Below are positions 31,101 through 31,797 of a stretch of 60,028 bases of DNA, one piece after another. This DNA comes from an uncultured Candidatus Marinamargulisbacteria bacterium. Lineage in GTDB: Bacteria; Margulisbacteria; Riflemargulisbacteria; GWF2-35-9. The stretch's first letter is position 1. Every line of letters begins with the position of its first letter. Both the position numbers and the translations under genes were made by a program. The stretch spans positions 1 to 60,028 of the forward strand of contig CAYHOI010000001.1 in assembly GCA_964358175.1 (NCBI GenBank), written 5' to 3'. The notes beneath the pieces are model-generated. The model had not been told where the DNA came from. It did no database searches and worked only from the letters and a program-made list of their open reading frames with translations.

Positions 31101-31725
31101 AACGGTCTATGTCAATCAGACCGTTGGAGGTGCGCAATCGGCGTCTGCTCAGGGAGTTCGCAATACGCAGTATTTGACCTGGCCGGCGGCCAAGGATGAT
31201 GAGTCAGGGCTGAAGCGGTATGAAATTCAGTGGCAGAAGGGCACAAGCCTCAAGTGGGAGGTTCTGGAGTCGAATACGACGCAAAATTATTATAAACAGT
31301 CTAGCCTGGATCCTGCTCTGCGTTACAGGTACCGTGTAAGGGCTGAGAATAATGCAGGGAGCTACACGGATTGGCTTGTGTCATCGTATACGCAAGTGCA
31401 GAAGCCCAAAGAAGTCATCTACAATGTTTCGTTCTTTCCCAATCCTGTAAAGTCGCAGGAGCAGGATGGAACCCTCTATTATGAGCTGAATCAAGATGCG
31501 AATGTGACTATTAAGATTTACGATGCGCTTGGGCATTTTGTGCGCGAGATTAATTGTGTGTCTGGAAAAATGGGAGGCATGAGTTCCGAACCAAATCGAG
31601 TAATTTGGGGAGGCACCAATTATAAGGGCGAGAAAGTAGCAAAGGGGGGATACATTGTCGTCCTCTCTGCGGATAAAGAAGGGCCACAGAATATCGTCAA
31701 GATTACGGCAGGAATTCTGCGCTAA
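1..31725 (+). CDS. giant repetitive, predicted all-beta extracellular/surface protein, 5'-partial (at least 10,574 aa inside the window)
   Basis: Frame +1 has no stop from nt 1 (aat aat acg tcc tta aac tat gga ...) to TAA 31723-31725. Codons 1-17 (NNTSLNYGLPWKPSFSQ) already fit the repeat consensus that precedes each NGTND motif, so the TTG at 52 in the ORF track is an artefact of the window edge. The sequence holds dozens of modules ending D-x-AGN ... V-x-V-D-x-x-P-P and is very poor in Cys. No catalytic motif such as HExxH was seen. The C-terminus is a sorting-type beta-sandwich. Confidence 0.85.
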   Translation, partial: NNTSLNYGLPWKPSFSQLGEGTNDITYVISDNAGNVSSAWVCKILRDSLPPTWSPLSAPASFNLWYRVTPDMVTMDIDFADPSIAHSGIQQLAYRVSNNGGLSLSVWKTITSGVILDKYTKDWLVDWSLLGNGTNDILVGVLDRAGNGATYTVRSILKDTQKPSFNYTAGVGYNKWYHSIPQNLLQIPITLEDAGGSLLAGYSWGFINSTTANEYNVDNNINQLTMRTTINLDENWILNGTNNIFIIISDNAGNQITFNAFNLLNDDTTPDFMPIPVASYNYWTRTIPSWLSVPVTPLFTDAGGSLLATVNITLMTTGATTTYSLVLSTNQVATYDTPFVLTWNLLGNGTNNIYIKLIDGTGTATENRWFFVLKDEIPPQIKAQIISTDARYMSWLNSSGNLFNDLAISVTDNGYSLLDAFVCVVSNNRSDAWVSPHVLATQINRTSYPVDGGININWETLSNGTNDIFFVASDNAGWVVTSSVFFHILKDVVPPIIYVTINTGATKNFGAWHATAPPWLNRASVDAYDTGYSNILSISYRILRQKDNTYSPWQAVTTNYKQPTWNRGISVDWLLLFNGTNDVFVEVKDSANNVNSVTYSFSLLKDTVSPSIVIGSAVSGYTTQNWYRSETAPAFLQSVQVTVSDTGSSNINQLEYGVSANDAGWNAISWNILVSASRIQTTGNWAVSWGSLANGTNDILVRVSDNAGWVVTSGVLFRVLKDDVVPSFSLITPVASFNAWYRQAPDWFTWISVDASDSGHSTIATFSYQVTRLVDGSVSVWQTITSNYQKNIYSAGVSLDWNLLSNGSNDITFRVQDLAGNTTQNTAFTVLKDVNRPSINLGETSVDAKFSAWYRLSPAWADSIQVTFNDTGSSNISGIDYGVSWNGSPAVWRVITSASSASQHGAWNLLWTDLQDGTNDVLVRVSDNAGWVVTSAVLFRVKKDTIIPAVTLITPSMADDTAMWHNRSPGWLSSIKALVTDDGGSAIATVSYRLVTGVGGSGGDLLSSNVNQTSYAKPWQLLWSDLSDGTNDVYVRVTDNAFNAVDQYVFHVKKDVTVPSYDLSLVARSYRNPFATVPEEMSHITINFYDWGGAFIRDIDYAISINTILTGPTINWYPITSNYNASTLDVPWKIDGNRFLNGTSDVYVRLSDYAGNAVTSDVCFSIFRSEPGLTYNYELYDPGAYTSWYRAPQEFMANTMIRFYDVSGLTLLKTLQYGVSADGRVTWNTIRDNVNYMTYTTPFTIMWDTLMEGTNDILISFNNTDGAQMTSGVLFTLFKDSLAPLIAFAIQAPTGFANASNHDWLNHLTVNVTENGYSALKRLEWGKRTHSAWYSYSTILSVAGQKVASAHYAVPWDQMEEAYNALILEAEDNAGNITSVNLCVVSRDTIAPYPVMYDVENSVLYRDFITSQNQTEAISWVDRGDIGIAGVEKWLYYWGQDPNGTSATQHESASLPPFTVPAGTAGNGIYRLRVSPVDRAGNQGEWQPVYKYTYDSQVPARWYYTDHDGRYWYRSLTDLSASIGWFGRDDWGFAGVKRYHVLLTTNANVNPVGDPSSKVTTDMLVAWPTPSLQSEVRHKASFYWTIAIEDYAGNIGVNVAGTTYDRYSLSSFGLDLQPPLLDAINAGSPYDLRSAYTGLALPRGEWTSVDQFSIDVTPSAQDDASGVSYYQFNVGVSTPDSAQNYSYSYQMGRKFTSMQLQPMEQGNISKVYVRAIDWVNAISTWSVALATINYDGLPPNKAGHFLIGDGEAYSTGNSLIISWDEAFDEGGSGVTTYDVVAYAMSPAGVIVATESFSLPSVSRQIKIGALGDSPKIPLLNDEYIYFARLLVWDRVGWNSAKKYGSNRMDYAQQTNVIQIDRKSPFSVKNPREDARTNDLVTWKWGQPADNQGGSTPGSGVGQYQIRMYWKDPVTGLKADYFSTFNVADTTYEYPIAPGMEFGAEIRAIDNVGNLADNWMAIREGVLDSTPPNNPPVAISRDRSLYSIWAGDGTGNDIKVPAYTTGNVNQFQFIWMPGEDDVVGVKGYYVAWGKNLVTPNTYTGYTFTTSRTISLSIAETVTATYRLWLAATDYYNNTANWMEAYRYTYNGLATKNTIRPLAPVLSTRYISANNQGVTVTLTTKNASGVTLGSFDHYEVRLYRAFSEAFVTQNQFGSSANVKSDIFLLNSVALSPNTQYFIKYRAYYGISNFTEWSYASPYLFYDDVRPPTVNSVLLEEGEDIVTRTSGIAVRFYAARDSNDDNASYAGSGIDHYETVLFDSPSPGEQYSSGAVIPLLSPAYTNTGVKLTLTEPLADGHQYCLKVRAVDRAGNAGPWSETSNELMVDIRAPDVPVGITNSYVPTDPSGYTNVFSYIWSWTPATDAGGGGGGYTSGVRQYQYYYGYSMQRDTGAENTLVQTNATAVQEWAGYNAQGLRNNQSTGWRAKSTSQGGSGDVKYFYVRAQDWAGNWSDWSASPATTKVDVFAPAHPIPNPSMNTVVGTTSMTFSWSPVSDIGGGGLKYYHATLYDKNKLQVASSRNIPATRTSVTFTGLATDNAYVLKMDAEDVFGEKIPAYPYFSQGMVPRWDADLLSAWVMVDATPPAPPNYIRRSVWAFNTNTADDPPGQIMYSAILDSVGSAEFGNNFRADYGSNYCYYGANKEMSDYLSSYEDKINANLIYYRNGSVSDAELGAISYSLGRGDYTGAQLRQLLVDMAYLKGEAHTDQSGANPRYAISDYYVNNYRPTLNIPNQGGYYYNGVFQNSEINTVQTYVNGRLSGSEVMNALKLSDFGSILSDGSSFRVTNFTPGMNYDDFRRSLISSQPKLNGVVLVGDLVGISVNRTPTDGVAVFDRLKSKGYLDVAGVINPLYDFTQGDQVSGVKKTTWNITNADISNRLKTIQSDYHSSALASSVLKKLYTDMGAQYDELRMELNTMLTSNRRVANPNNLTTTLADIVSRSHGYVWFWGRAADDGLGGSGVSTWEVQVKEDGQNEASRSLSLPYDQPWLNCAGSYTSFPGFNGSPALSVSASMRLRAMDNAGNAGEWSDWRGVTANGLRVWYQAPPGNRSVYDTGSLLGIKNGRSDTQSLWAQNRELNLLWDGSQMWGPDLFYDYSSSMGQSDLPQGRTKYRFHDVNDSTISGGTNRMYVMAYNAENEGTNELVYSLDYDALPPDRPSISTPLATQNVPNSYTFSWSGGADPNPGSGLKSYHVQIVDADGNVAYERTDFTGDSYLFTEGKSGKKYTLRVNAVDNAGLSGEIAMTNAWVVVDKDAPPAPDMLWVNTGKVSNGSMWSSSANYNVWRWVLPQDTGRSGLASYNIAINESNKGWLEVTSGMIDKTTYLSNAPIFAKIKFSDKAGNISGEKNSSYPLKIDTEAPLIDLSVADIRELNGMVNDVWQTSTRSVIFSWEQANKNAASDALSGVVALEYYWGPEADKTSGFAINTFDKKVTPVGQMPAGAETIYFFKMRSQDNAGNWSPMATLYTTKYDNFVKSIEDVRQSVTTNRYSNQLTQNYNWGNVSDLTGIQSFVFSFYVSGNLLDSMDDGVLTRDVTIPYDSAIYDSSSSRFMASVMLDNQFSSQDVYVRMRVRDTNGNVSIAGNKSEKMWLDFTAPNAVDVPTIDNGSIIHVTSRNFGVTWNWTAPKDIGGSGLSSYDTKLQVYSDAQAVSINPNVPSTVNRAVYPQVFTDNVYAFSISAHDRAGNTGNISFGQLFVVDTVAPSVNLQLRNACSAYGWNRPFKENIYYLIRGNTVGLSIYMKDKASEQIGNVGSGIASMKLELYELATPDTGEFALASVPTFSLSANSICTFGIPMTSSVIHTSQNTQLWRYALISDDIVISDSYLSSQQFVDPTSNATANFIQMTLSRNWTGFFRLSLSVKDFANNETSQNYYLYYDPVPPSIDMGFSGMIFLSTNAMVYIRRLDGGQSVIQEDASNGSKYADERSRMTFFPIAGYQLYEVSGANQQKLGLNITGSRYYPYCELEQGAWGSGFMVLSTNAKFYVRVFDELSEEIGFFQGGGNQPNRSWDAAGDILISSESGRINVNGYQLPFAKYGLIDDFYQNEATNRLTHNPERNVTFLDYARECLEVSLNADVVDGTRLVLGVADMAGNVTTVSSLPVYRSSPIILVTADASLQYPVPHSYNRRYGTQYSWGDYTYGTQRVSASFYVDTVNVYVSANMTVSSEVHSLRDGLQQPFFFAQNGVEINPYSGLSATGYSVSGKSTMNYVYWGQFSVVTLSTGAQTPLLSGQGKYISINVPNRYGDSDVSIRVSYSVDEDYPSLTVNTFFVYPAIPIVNPTVDNRLGAMSMTTNRVAITSDGVDEISGIFPSSFFVTQLSESLHSLKEVLFIRATNSLSTPNWISANNEGSNGVWLTDNAGVGLSDTPFLHRLRQNGLITTDWQAGFEGLSGTVTLGVNVMDVIWRDKAGNYSGTTNLAIVYDRTPPELLAVSLNADWVDAATTVSMVFEKPYQSIQGGTPMLPNDPINSLHAFYMDGYQGLRLYFRISDNAKVNGWLSADAADVNTVRVQWTTNNTYWHSYTVNGGSFNVYQPSGDFGVFKITQSHEIEARRPALNNGEAFNYCFFVSASMIISDNALFGSGIPEIVTQNQAYAFRIDLLDYAGNASRATGSYTVNIDNDRSNRSVELTISGDSTVNTANAKIVTQNSHGAGLLNSELYTPQDCDPFAAPNEKIYNDGQIFAKLGITVNTLVGREYALVWTTMNPVVQPLNKPSYVYYAYGKIGWATSNSNFVGTGNFAFDFFNPTPDIGRTGLSSGLPYYATNNALLTLPTTDTVIHLFVAPMGVAGNPINIDSGTWATITIDLSAPILSGNSAPFYLHDLAGTTLNALKGLYVSRSVIEGDCPVAPSFDPMAHLDFLGLGSYFFQDVHRSTHVQFGRGDYVDLQSGMPTNNTFLRKKVYRADVAGSNGYLFEQLSSERYSSIANMIDTDLAAFGEGLYRFDLYTSNKAGLVTKSSFAVVMDGTPPTINQFAFEVSVSQDYEPVSVNYYGSQNIRISWSASDNMGVSSNGQLTGGDSSGIWFYELRFENLTTPSVKGYVFSSRNTTITWDQGLGLAFVPTKAISTTLNWRDVVGIIKLGKVRFTLNAYDYALLTISRSHEVYIDSGNEVQSMVSLADPQEDNVDNQQDGESPSESSQGASGYFDQTSINLVIQFLPTAFDTTQLNRASPQRTHLPIEVFLVTPGSVAAVPISTSLIVVTYSNSANLDVQGAPTANLANYRLTLSVVDTKEFVKTGGYEGPVTLSYKIVDGAGYRSAMTSIFTRVTIDMSAPTGSYGFHEGLKFIGSDNTYFLYGVSENFAFATTTSGTKVSANYEDAHSGLSSKPYRFMVSLNSLAGAYQGVDKDMGWQARTSSPFDLLSSEISTSNKWYAVKLRVRNQTGVVAYNTLNVILDTQTPNIYFFAVLQETASNEYARSAENFVGKRATTINWGASDNVFSESFGSIFGVTGNSHQGIRQYQLSFATPNVRSISADIFPAITTNIVTVGYTEFVIGEGVVRYVIRAFDFANNETVVTKGPYYYDWTNTLHNQVGQILAVTDNTDEDGDGISPVSANGVSGYFDQPTISIQLILSTTADDATQLNYLSDAHIPVEVFAVTNAVMTRIAASQIWATYDHKLLIDAHPNLAAYSIAITINLADIVSRDRYQGGVTLFFKLIDGVGNLSLTTNTPLRLTVDLSAPTGQMRVLSGVTFQGSTSNFAQYGVSTNMLFTSVNAVAMDHQYSDAHSGLAISWNKVTVIRYPLEGGVGTAVNRDWSDVSQVSINSVQAMISNNLFLVESDILNGVGEVAHSATWNVVFDTVPPTINAEDFMLTFNVLSGGYAPSSVNYLQSTTLDLVWVATDNVFASSPNLFAVLSHRGVYQYRLSFSKDGQTFTSVSANMMPAVNNHLYISPNELLGTIGEGRVYFKLEAVDFAGNWSSRNIGPYFMDLQNTLNEQIVRIEPVTANNDSMPDYFQKSPFDASGKNGYFDRVSVDFIIHLSPNASDLTQLSYLEGSYIPLEVYVVTDGVKKARVWDSDIHATYNRDVLPSLNATSNLASVPIAVTINFSNYVGTSNYNGRIQFYYKIIDGAGNVSATTNTDMAFLDVTVDMTAPVGNSRFGEGFTFVGSGNTFGLNGVSDDVAFARQLSNLVISMDYQDAESGLAISSNYFSVWEYSLTHNYVTSGNRGWTNVPTLNLSDMGTITQNRWYKVVGFAANNTGVITKATTRNVIIDLVDPVVVTFSLSGELQSGSDYGSSSLNFAQVQTLNFVWTASDNMFSDLTIGEFKQKNHQGISLYAFLYKVNGIDWVTLNGSITPTAQNEFQVDKTTVNSLFSGKKAFFKLVAYDFAMNQSSKEYGPVFFDSGTVLEQAISACILEDKTDADDLGGSPFDVSGQGYFDQSVLKMRLQLMDTANDVTQLSTLPSGNIPLEVMATFYGSNRGSLYFSKVFPGNLQKLSATYNYGRLPTIDAANNLGGITIDILTLNLFDQIEGSGWNGGVGLSFKLIDGAGNLSTDWSREFRVTVDVTPPTVALLWGTRDYFVTGNDETFDQFGFGKSSQYPVKFPYVGFSRQIQSLRLSGNAQDQDSGLPTGAYRYDVTQFAFSNLSSTVNSDSTGWTATPTLNLSERFTGMIAPNFAYRVDLHARNQVGRTSISTNLIILDDVAPTFQAMNRSEPVGGDYSATSKDLYSLQDVLLTWRASDNFYAENAGGEGNFFNARDHQGVYFYQVWYEKNGVTASITENMLAYADNDFVVSKGYIRQSIGEGIVTFSIRATDFAGNTSVTTSRLRFDWSNTINLQIADMISAMDATNSDEDLWDRRQSDKWGDFVDDVSPFDASDGQLGIFDQTVIPVHIRIAENGYDISQISELTPNHIPFEVYISHDGQVLTINHDRIWVTYDRKTDIESPSNIASRNYWLTVDVGEWVGVEPLHRGAFQLLVKVIDGAGNLSSFDTKEFRLTVDRTPPTSDASAPFYFNEPIGWVTYNPLFLDGYNGVAFINTTHFSAQMVSFNDAESGLSEQPYWMKLAGVGFKDENENQADKGSVQITWQTQEAFTGVSLSELGYQGLTGGGVFDLFFKVRNNAGIVTYNLNYLCIDLLKPVLVTFQRTEHIDVDQDGYLPEEDTYYNKQAIWLTWDAYDNLGYRGDQPAEVVTGDPDAIWFYTLSWTCRSLTGNMVSSGDILTPGMRLDAKQWFLPTSGVSVIDDVSYGISISDNLKEGNVEFILGAVDYALNVTTKSMQVVFDWTNRATASSNFYFVADQTDSSTPADGVIPEAGYFDQTTMTVVITLDHVIELTQLSTRNLKVNYSTGNSGSELSVMNPEDYRYSIEGVDGKFTVTIDFNLAPYLMTLNVVEGQPVRSGVVSLNITLLDRAGNMPSVPANMGCRVTVDMQSPSLESSGVFDVYLYPDKDSMGDGIDPENGYLDDSLPYITVTLNSRVTSNGAAQMDQCLNVRLFDDSRIQKASANTFELISENRSLMIVVTMDKGGWSVPLQADQQIATLPSENSYTYEFYLRDKAGNILSRVVTLNYDRTPPVLRDRAFVYKVEPAKGEDHGGDGIDPLAGYYDSPFATVNIQLNIPNWTVGYGNSLASSYNDGVSESYHGSGIRKRPLFVRLESLTPLNIPGVYASATYPGGHFGAELTANLFAVGIPLTRDAARIIVMMADRAGNVVTLNDTNRVTMDDRMPFGISFNLVDTRDVSGIGIFPVYGFFNHQVITFNIEGSQVDRGLSGLRGNRFVVSTANGIWKNYTYQSRYVDPELKEQNEPGTDSPLIGSLRLPTGTVTVWAGLVDRAGNVGVISQPIVVDMTPPSINLFSLDFATNNKGLRGDIDSHGDGVDPYYGYWDEPSVNIEVVSLSYAEDYRRSNDVFVKDYRYTHVPVMHDFGLGWVTTENNIGQSSRVFREIYVPEGNSQPIVVYVADLAGNVVSRQILVTVDQTVPAGFAQIVLDVDTDSQGDGVDPLYGFFDNVEVGLVISENTADSSGFRVNRYLIRSNSARTLSYNVHDYKNKDKSESLHRPIDLEQGDQVAFGQDSSQIFNFKPASEDEKQIEIVAGISDCAGNVREVTASITVDTQPPTGDFQGKLITDTDSALDGIDPLEGYYDSLAVSVLLSSNVVDNIGMRTNRYFIKTGDAGFLTSYNAYPYDGNHYFSEGADVPGIGKFGSATGSITGITYNAQGVYEVHVAVADGAGNLLEKTVRVTIDLTQPSSVPIVRLAPYRAGGNRVEADEGWYGSNEVDFYAEFRNGATDELSGLRDVPYVARVVTPGTNQISWLLEQRDPAFKQIWVPEDRSITKNSSLFVGLVDRAGNVASASVPVHVDLTPPTGNLSLIIRPDSKNDASQLIPESGYYNDNTMDLQWQMVSDYLGLKSRPFRVKANEMPWSDSLNVTSLEDFKVNNEGTVTIQILVADHAGNILIETASIIVDTQVPTGMVVSVLSDNTDSGQDGLLPEAGWYDDPLISLSWTAATDNGSGLRDKPYQTKSEVSNYDLQQSTTTATVEAKVKYTSYEDRVSSKLSVRAVDRAGNILEVMASINVDQRVPEPYTFTVKPDSQENPTYNPSAGWYNDHTLELEWSESLDFGGMRTSGSVLARVASDIPWVTLNENVSQTNNDTFWVSEDVSARTLVTRMVDHAGNVRTQASNGFNVDLTPPTFSQLALVGDVDVHGVALAAGWYDDQMVRWKWFGADNGGLFDAPYRYHNLVSPNSLWSDWNGQTGVEILTTWGIPQFFEVELRDQAGNHITRIEKVNVAGFAPSGNVNYFLSINVTEVTPGWTITPNVGWYASHTLNVVITTNYLNLLEQQKLTEDLTYYVYNTNGQTQPIYQGIPTFSKVICGESGRAGLTVVYGILLKSGLRIEGRQIIFVDTQPPQDFSATLRTCTDHGGDGVSPESGWVDTMNFHIDLLAPKDGGILRAQPYRYRFAVPTGSWSDYQSSEKIENLQISENRAYIVEVSAVDCAGNIATVSVCVTVDTMPPTFNGLEIILIPATSNQGIEPVPGWYRNDSLSGSVTWNRVTADDLRQNFLYVRTNSAKTVGNFSALTFDAKVVPADILPINIDVFIADHAGNVARSAKVIYSKVTVPGNSYVILKRDGNHNPWFKPEEGYYGRLSVDVEWAEPIGGGLRGRPYQIQSSLSSSRNWTASQDGKAYNGYAVSEGVQEIIVRAVDKAANIATFSTLVSVDVTAPEPIVLSLVQDLDNDSDGAVPLQGFDDDGVITVTFNPVFDNVALRDKPYCSLLGDLEDIPSGTVLSLSREGYATLTTSVEGIQTVSVVAVDRAGNYRISIVTVNVERTVSEFTVSINRTEFPVSASLIVSVSMTKSISRVPGVVLSVAGVDYGLAVVRSEISQNVFIGTLDVGVVVSDGIGILRFSVINDAGKIATQSIGMVLPIYIHRFVPEEPVVSFFSPSNGSRQYTNSLNVLVSSDMSLSHQDYLWLITENSTPPTLMDPKWTTLNGEYRLAEGSDGTRNLWVWVKNSYGMTLRAVTANIMLDRSLPTGNVKVGRSEIWFGKQTFLLETSKLLPVPPQVLLTFARDGVTKSMNVSGANGKYRADFTFKEDFGEGYVTIQIQMEDYAGNVSTVNIGATRVLLKVMYPHSPILKIMDLATHQLDYTNNLSKIYWNLLVTKNNSEETWTDQKWYIIDDVTANRPEGYDPRWLEYSPQQGVTLPSASYFRMYGEQGIETSSYNPPKGYLNKMFYAWFKNSGGYVSLLPSVARITVDVTAPSATLNYLPLQGTTDAQLKLTLNTSEGVTVYGSKMIHSDGVNSFEFIGSGNLWLTTNLGVRPSKHPLFSTVIQDYAGNQTTLDVDLQPYLQISSINCVTQSVSRLDKDITLLRIEVSASTKVILYGLVIQKTGDDGHRTLRTMRLVSGNTVLSTATFPKDQMTAEFVMKGGGMVITRPTVLTVRADIEASAMEPFALNVDRSGWKVDTYNIALEENLPFTSAPFQIMDGSNELRIYLEDNSWRTQTVKVHQNDRDILLGQFNMESYPYSTMLKMITLNISGNLTTPGLSGVRLIRDSNYNGVYDQLEDDQVGNSQAQAPKPSTLLLKGLDEKVSQVAQRYFIVGDIALSATVNNSFQFKIASKADVQLGDNQFVNERALPMLTQTNTVLPYVPKVSLSVRNAVSEDVFQSQTIQPYSYLRFATDYRTSSLKELVFRVSCNMSYDNVDIIKLFIVTSDSAVINVSDEQSANTLKDQDKIKMTMTNEFLVTSSGRYLAVGMKLKPGTSTGQLQLVLLAEGISFNESGKNENTSNLDLGLLNIVDLHQPIFDGVDVPRYINIADHVSYNFDVGVSADHTVVATLEVAIGSDSGQENVMAWTAYAFNPPAAYFVDKAGVMNGLALQHNQSYFMKIRAKSFDSAGDYVSTQKILPFKVDMTPPVVAQGATVYVNQTVGGAQSASAQGVRNTQYLTWPAAKDDESGLKRYEIQWQKGTSLKWEVLESNTTQNYYKQSSLDPALRYRYRVRAENNAGSYTDWLVSSYTQVQKPKEVIYNVSFFPNPVKSQEQDGTLYYELNQDANVTIKIYDALGHFVREINCVSGKMGGMSSEPNRVIWGGTNYKGEKVAKGGYIVVLSADKEGPQNIVKITAGILR
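4181..11100 (+). repeat. block B: about 16 FN3-like modules carrying a W..x..D..SG(V/L/I)xxY signature
   Basis: Recurrent signatures include DDASGVSYYQFNV, EGGSGVTTYDVVAY, PGSGVGQYQIRMYW, AGSGIDHYETVLFD, YTSGVRQYQYYYGY, GGGGLKYYHATLYD, PGSGLKSYHVQIVD, GRSGLASYNIAINE and GGSGLSSYDTKLQV. Each is followed by (R/A)A(I/V/Q)D.AGN..(E/D)W and a P-rich boundary. Confidence 0.55.
7800..8820 (+). other. unique ~330-aa non-repeat insert inside block B
   Basis: It lies between WAFNTNTADDPPGQIMYSAIL and HGYVWFWGRAADDGLGGSGVSTWEVQV. The sequence is Y/N/S/G-rich and includes the only clearly helix-like stretch seen in the protein (ADISNRLKTIQSDYHSSALASSVLKKLYTDMGAQYDELRMELNTMLTSNRR). I found no copy elsewhere in the ORF. 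Confidence 0.45.
11101..14879 (+). other. block C: ~1,260-aa weakly periodic central region
   Basis: D.AGN / D..PP boundaries still occur (KDFANNETSQNYYLYYDPVPPS, VADMAGNVTT, RDKAGNYSGTTNLAIVYDRTPPE, LLDYAGNASRATGSYTVNIDND), but spacing is irregular and the intervening sequence is not repeated. The one exception is a small internal echo (FLSTNAMVYIRRLDG / VLSTNAKFYVRVFDE). Confidence 0.4.
14880..22110 (+). repeat. block D: five complete and one partial ~1.22-1.31-kb super-repeats (~410-435 aa each, 4-5 subdomains)
   Basis: Unit boundaries (V-I-x-D-x-x-x-P) lie at ~14880, 16180, 17400, 18640, 19930 and 21235. Each unit contains W.ASDN.F...HQG(I/V).(Y/L)Y, then (S/N/Q)GYFDQ...TQL(N/S)...IP(I/L/F)EV, then (K/L)(I/L)IDGAGN(L/V)S...TVD(M/L/V)(S/T)(A/P)PT, then DA(H/E)SGL(S/A). 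The GYFDQ motif sits at nt ~15413, 16660, 17884, 19118, 20458 and 21758. Confidence 0.65.
22111..27830 (+). repeat. block E: about 16 tandem ~120-aa modules with an N-terminal acidic loop and a (G/A)(Y/W/F)(Y/F/W)D motif
   Basis: Loop examples are DKDSMGDGIDPENGYLD, GEDHGGDGIDPLAGYYD, DIDSHGDGVDPYYGYWD, DTDSQGDGVDPLYGFFD, DTDSALDGIDPLEGYYD, DNTDSGQDGLLPEAGWYD, CTDHGGDGVSPESGWVD and DLDNDSDGAVPLQGFDD. Each module closes with VDRAGN / ADHAGN ... V(T/I/H)VD(L/T/Q)(T/Q)PP. Confidence 0.6.
27831..29390 (+). repeat. block F: alternating A-B-A-B-A arrangement of two module types
   Basis: Type-B modules are PVVSFFSPSNGSRQYTNSLNVLV...YLWLITENSTPPTLMDPKW...GTRNLWVWVKNSYG and PILKIMDLATHQLDYTNNLSKIYW...KWYIIDDVTANRPEGYDPRWLEY...KMFYAWFKNSGG. 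Type-A modules end in NDAGKIAT, EDYAGNVST and QDYAGNQTT. Confidence 0.5.
29391..30740 (+). repeat. block G: three ~145-aa modules of a further, unnamed beta-sandwich type
   Basis: All three share one pattern. A condition-like strand is followed by a set-label strand: DKDITLLRIEVSASTKVILYGLVIQKTGD, DRDILLGQFNMESYPYSTMLKMITLNISGNLTTPGLSGVRLIRDSNYNGVYD and QPYSYLRFATDYRTSSLKELVFRVSCNMSYDNVDIIKLFIVTSD. Confidence 0.4.
30741..31416 (+). other. two FN3-like domains preceding the C-terminal domain
   Basis: The second domain is canonical FN3: YLTWPAAKDDESGLKRYEIQWQKGTSLKWEVLESNTTQNYYKQSSLDPALRYRYRVRAENNAGSYTDW. Confidence 0.6.
31417..31722 (+). other. C-terminal FlgD-Ig-like / T9SS type-A-like sorting domain (~100 aa)
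   Basis: The sequence is IYNVSFFPNPVKSQEQDGTLYYELNQDANVTIKIYDALGHFVREINCVSGKMGGMSSEPNRVIWGGTNYKGEKVAKGGYIVVLSADKEGPQNIVKITAGILR. It follows the known pattern (F/Y)PNP...L...V.I.IYD..G..V......G.....W.G.N..G..V..G.Y at the extreme C-terminus. Confidence 0.6.
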
Positions 31726-31797
31726 CCAATTTGGGTTTAGTCGTTGCCATGAAACTGACCTTTACATCTGACTTGTCTTTTTGTCCGTCTTCTGCGT

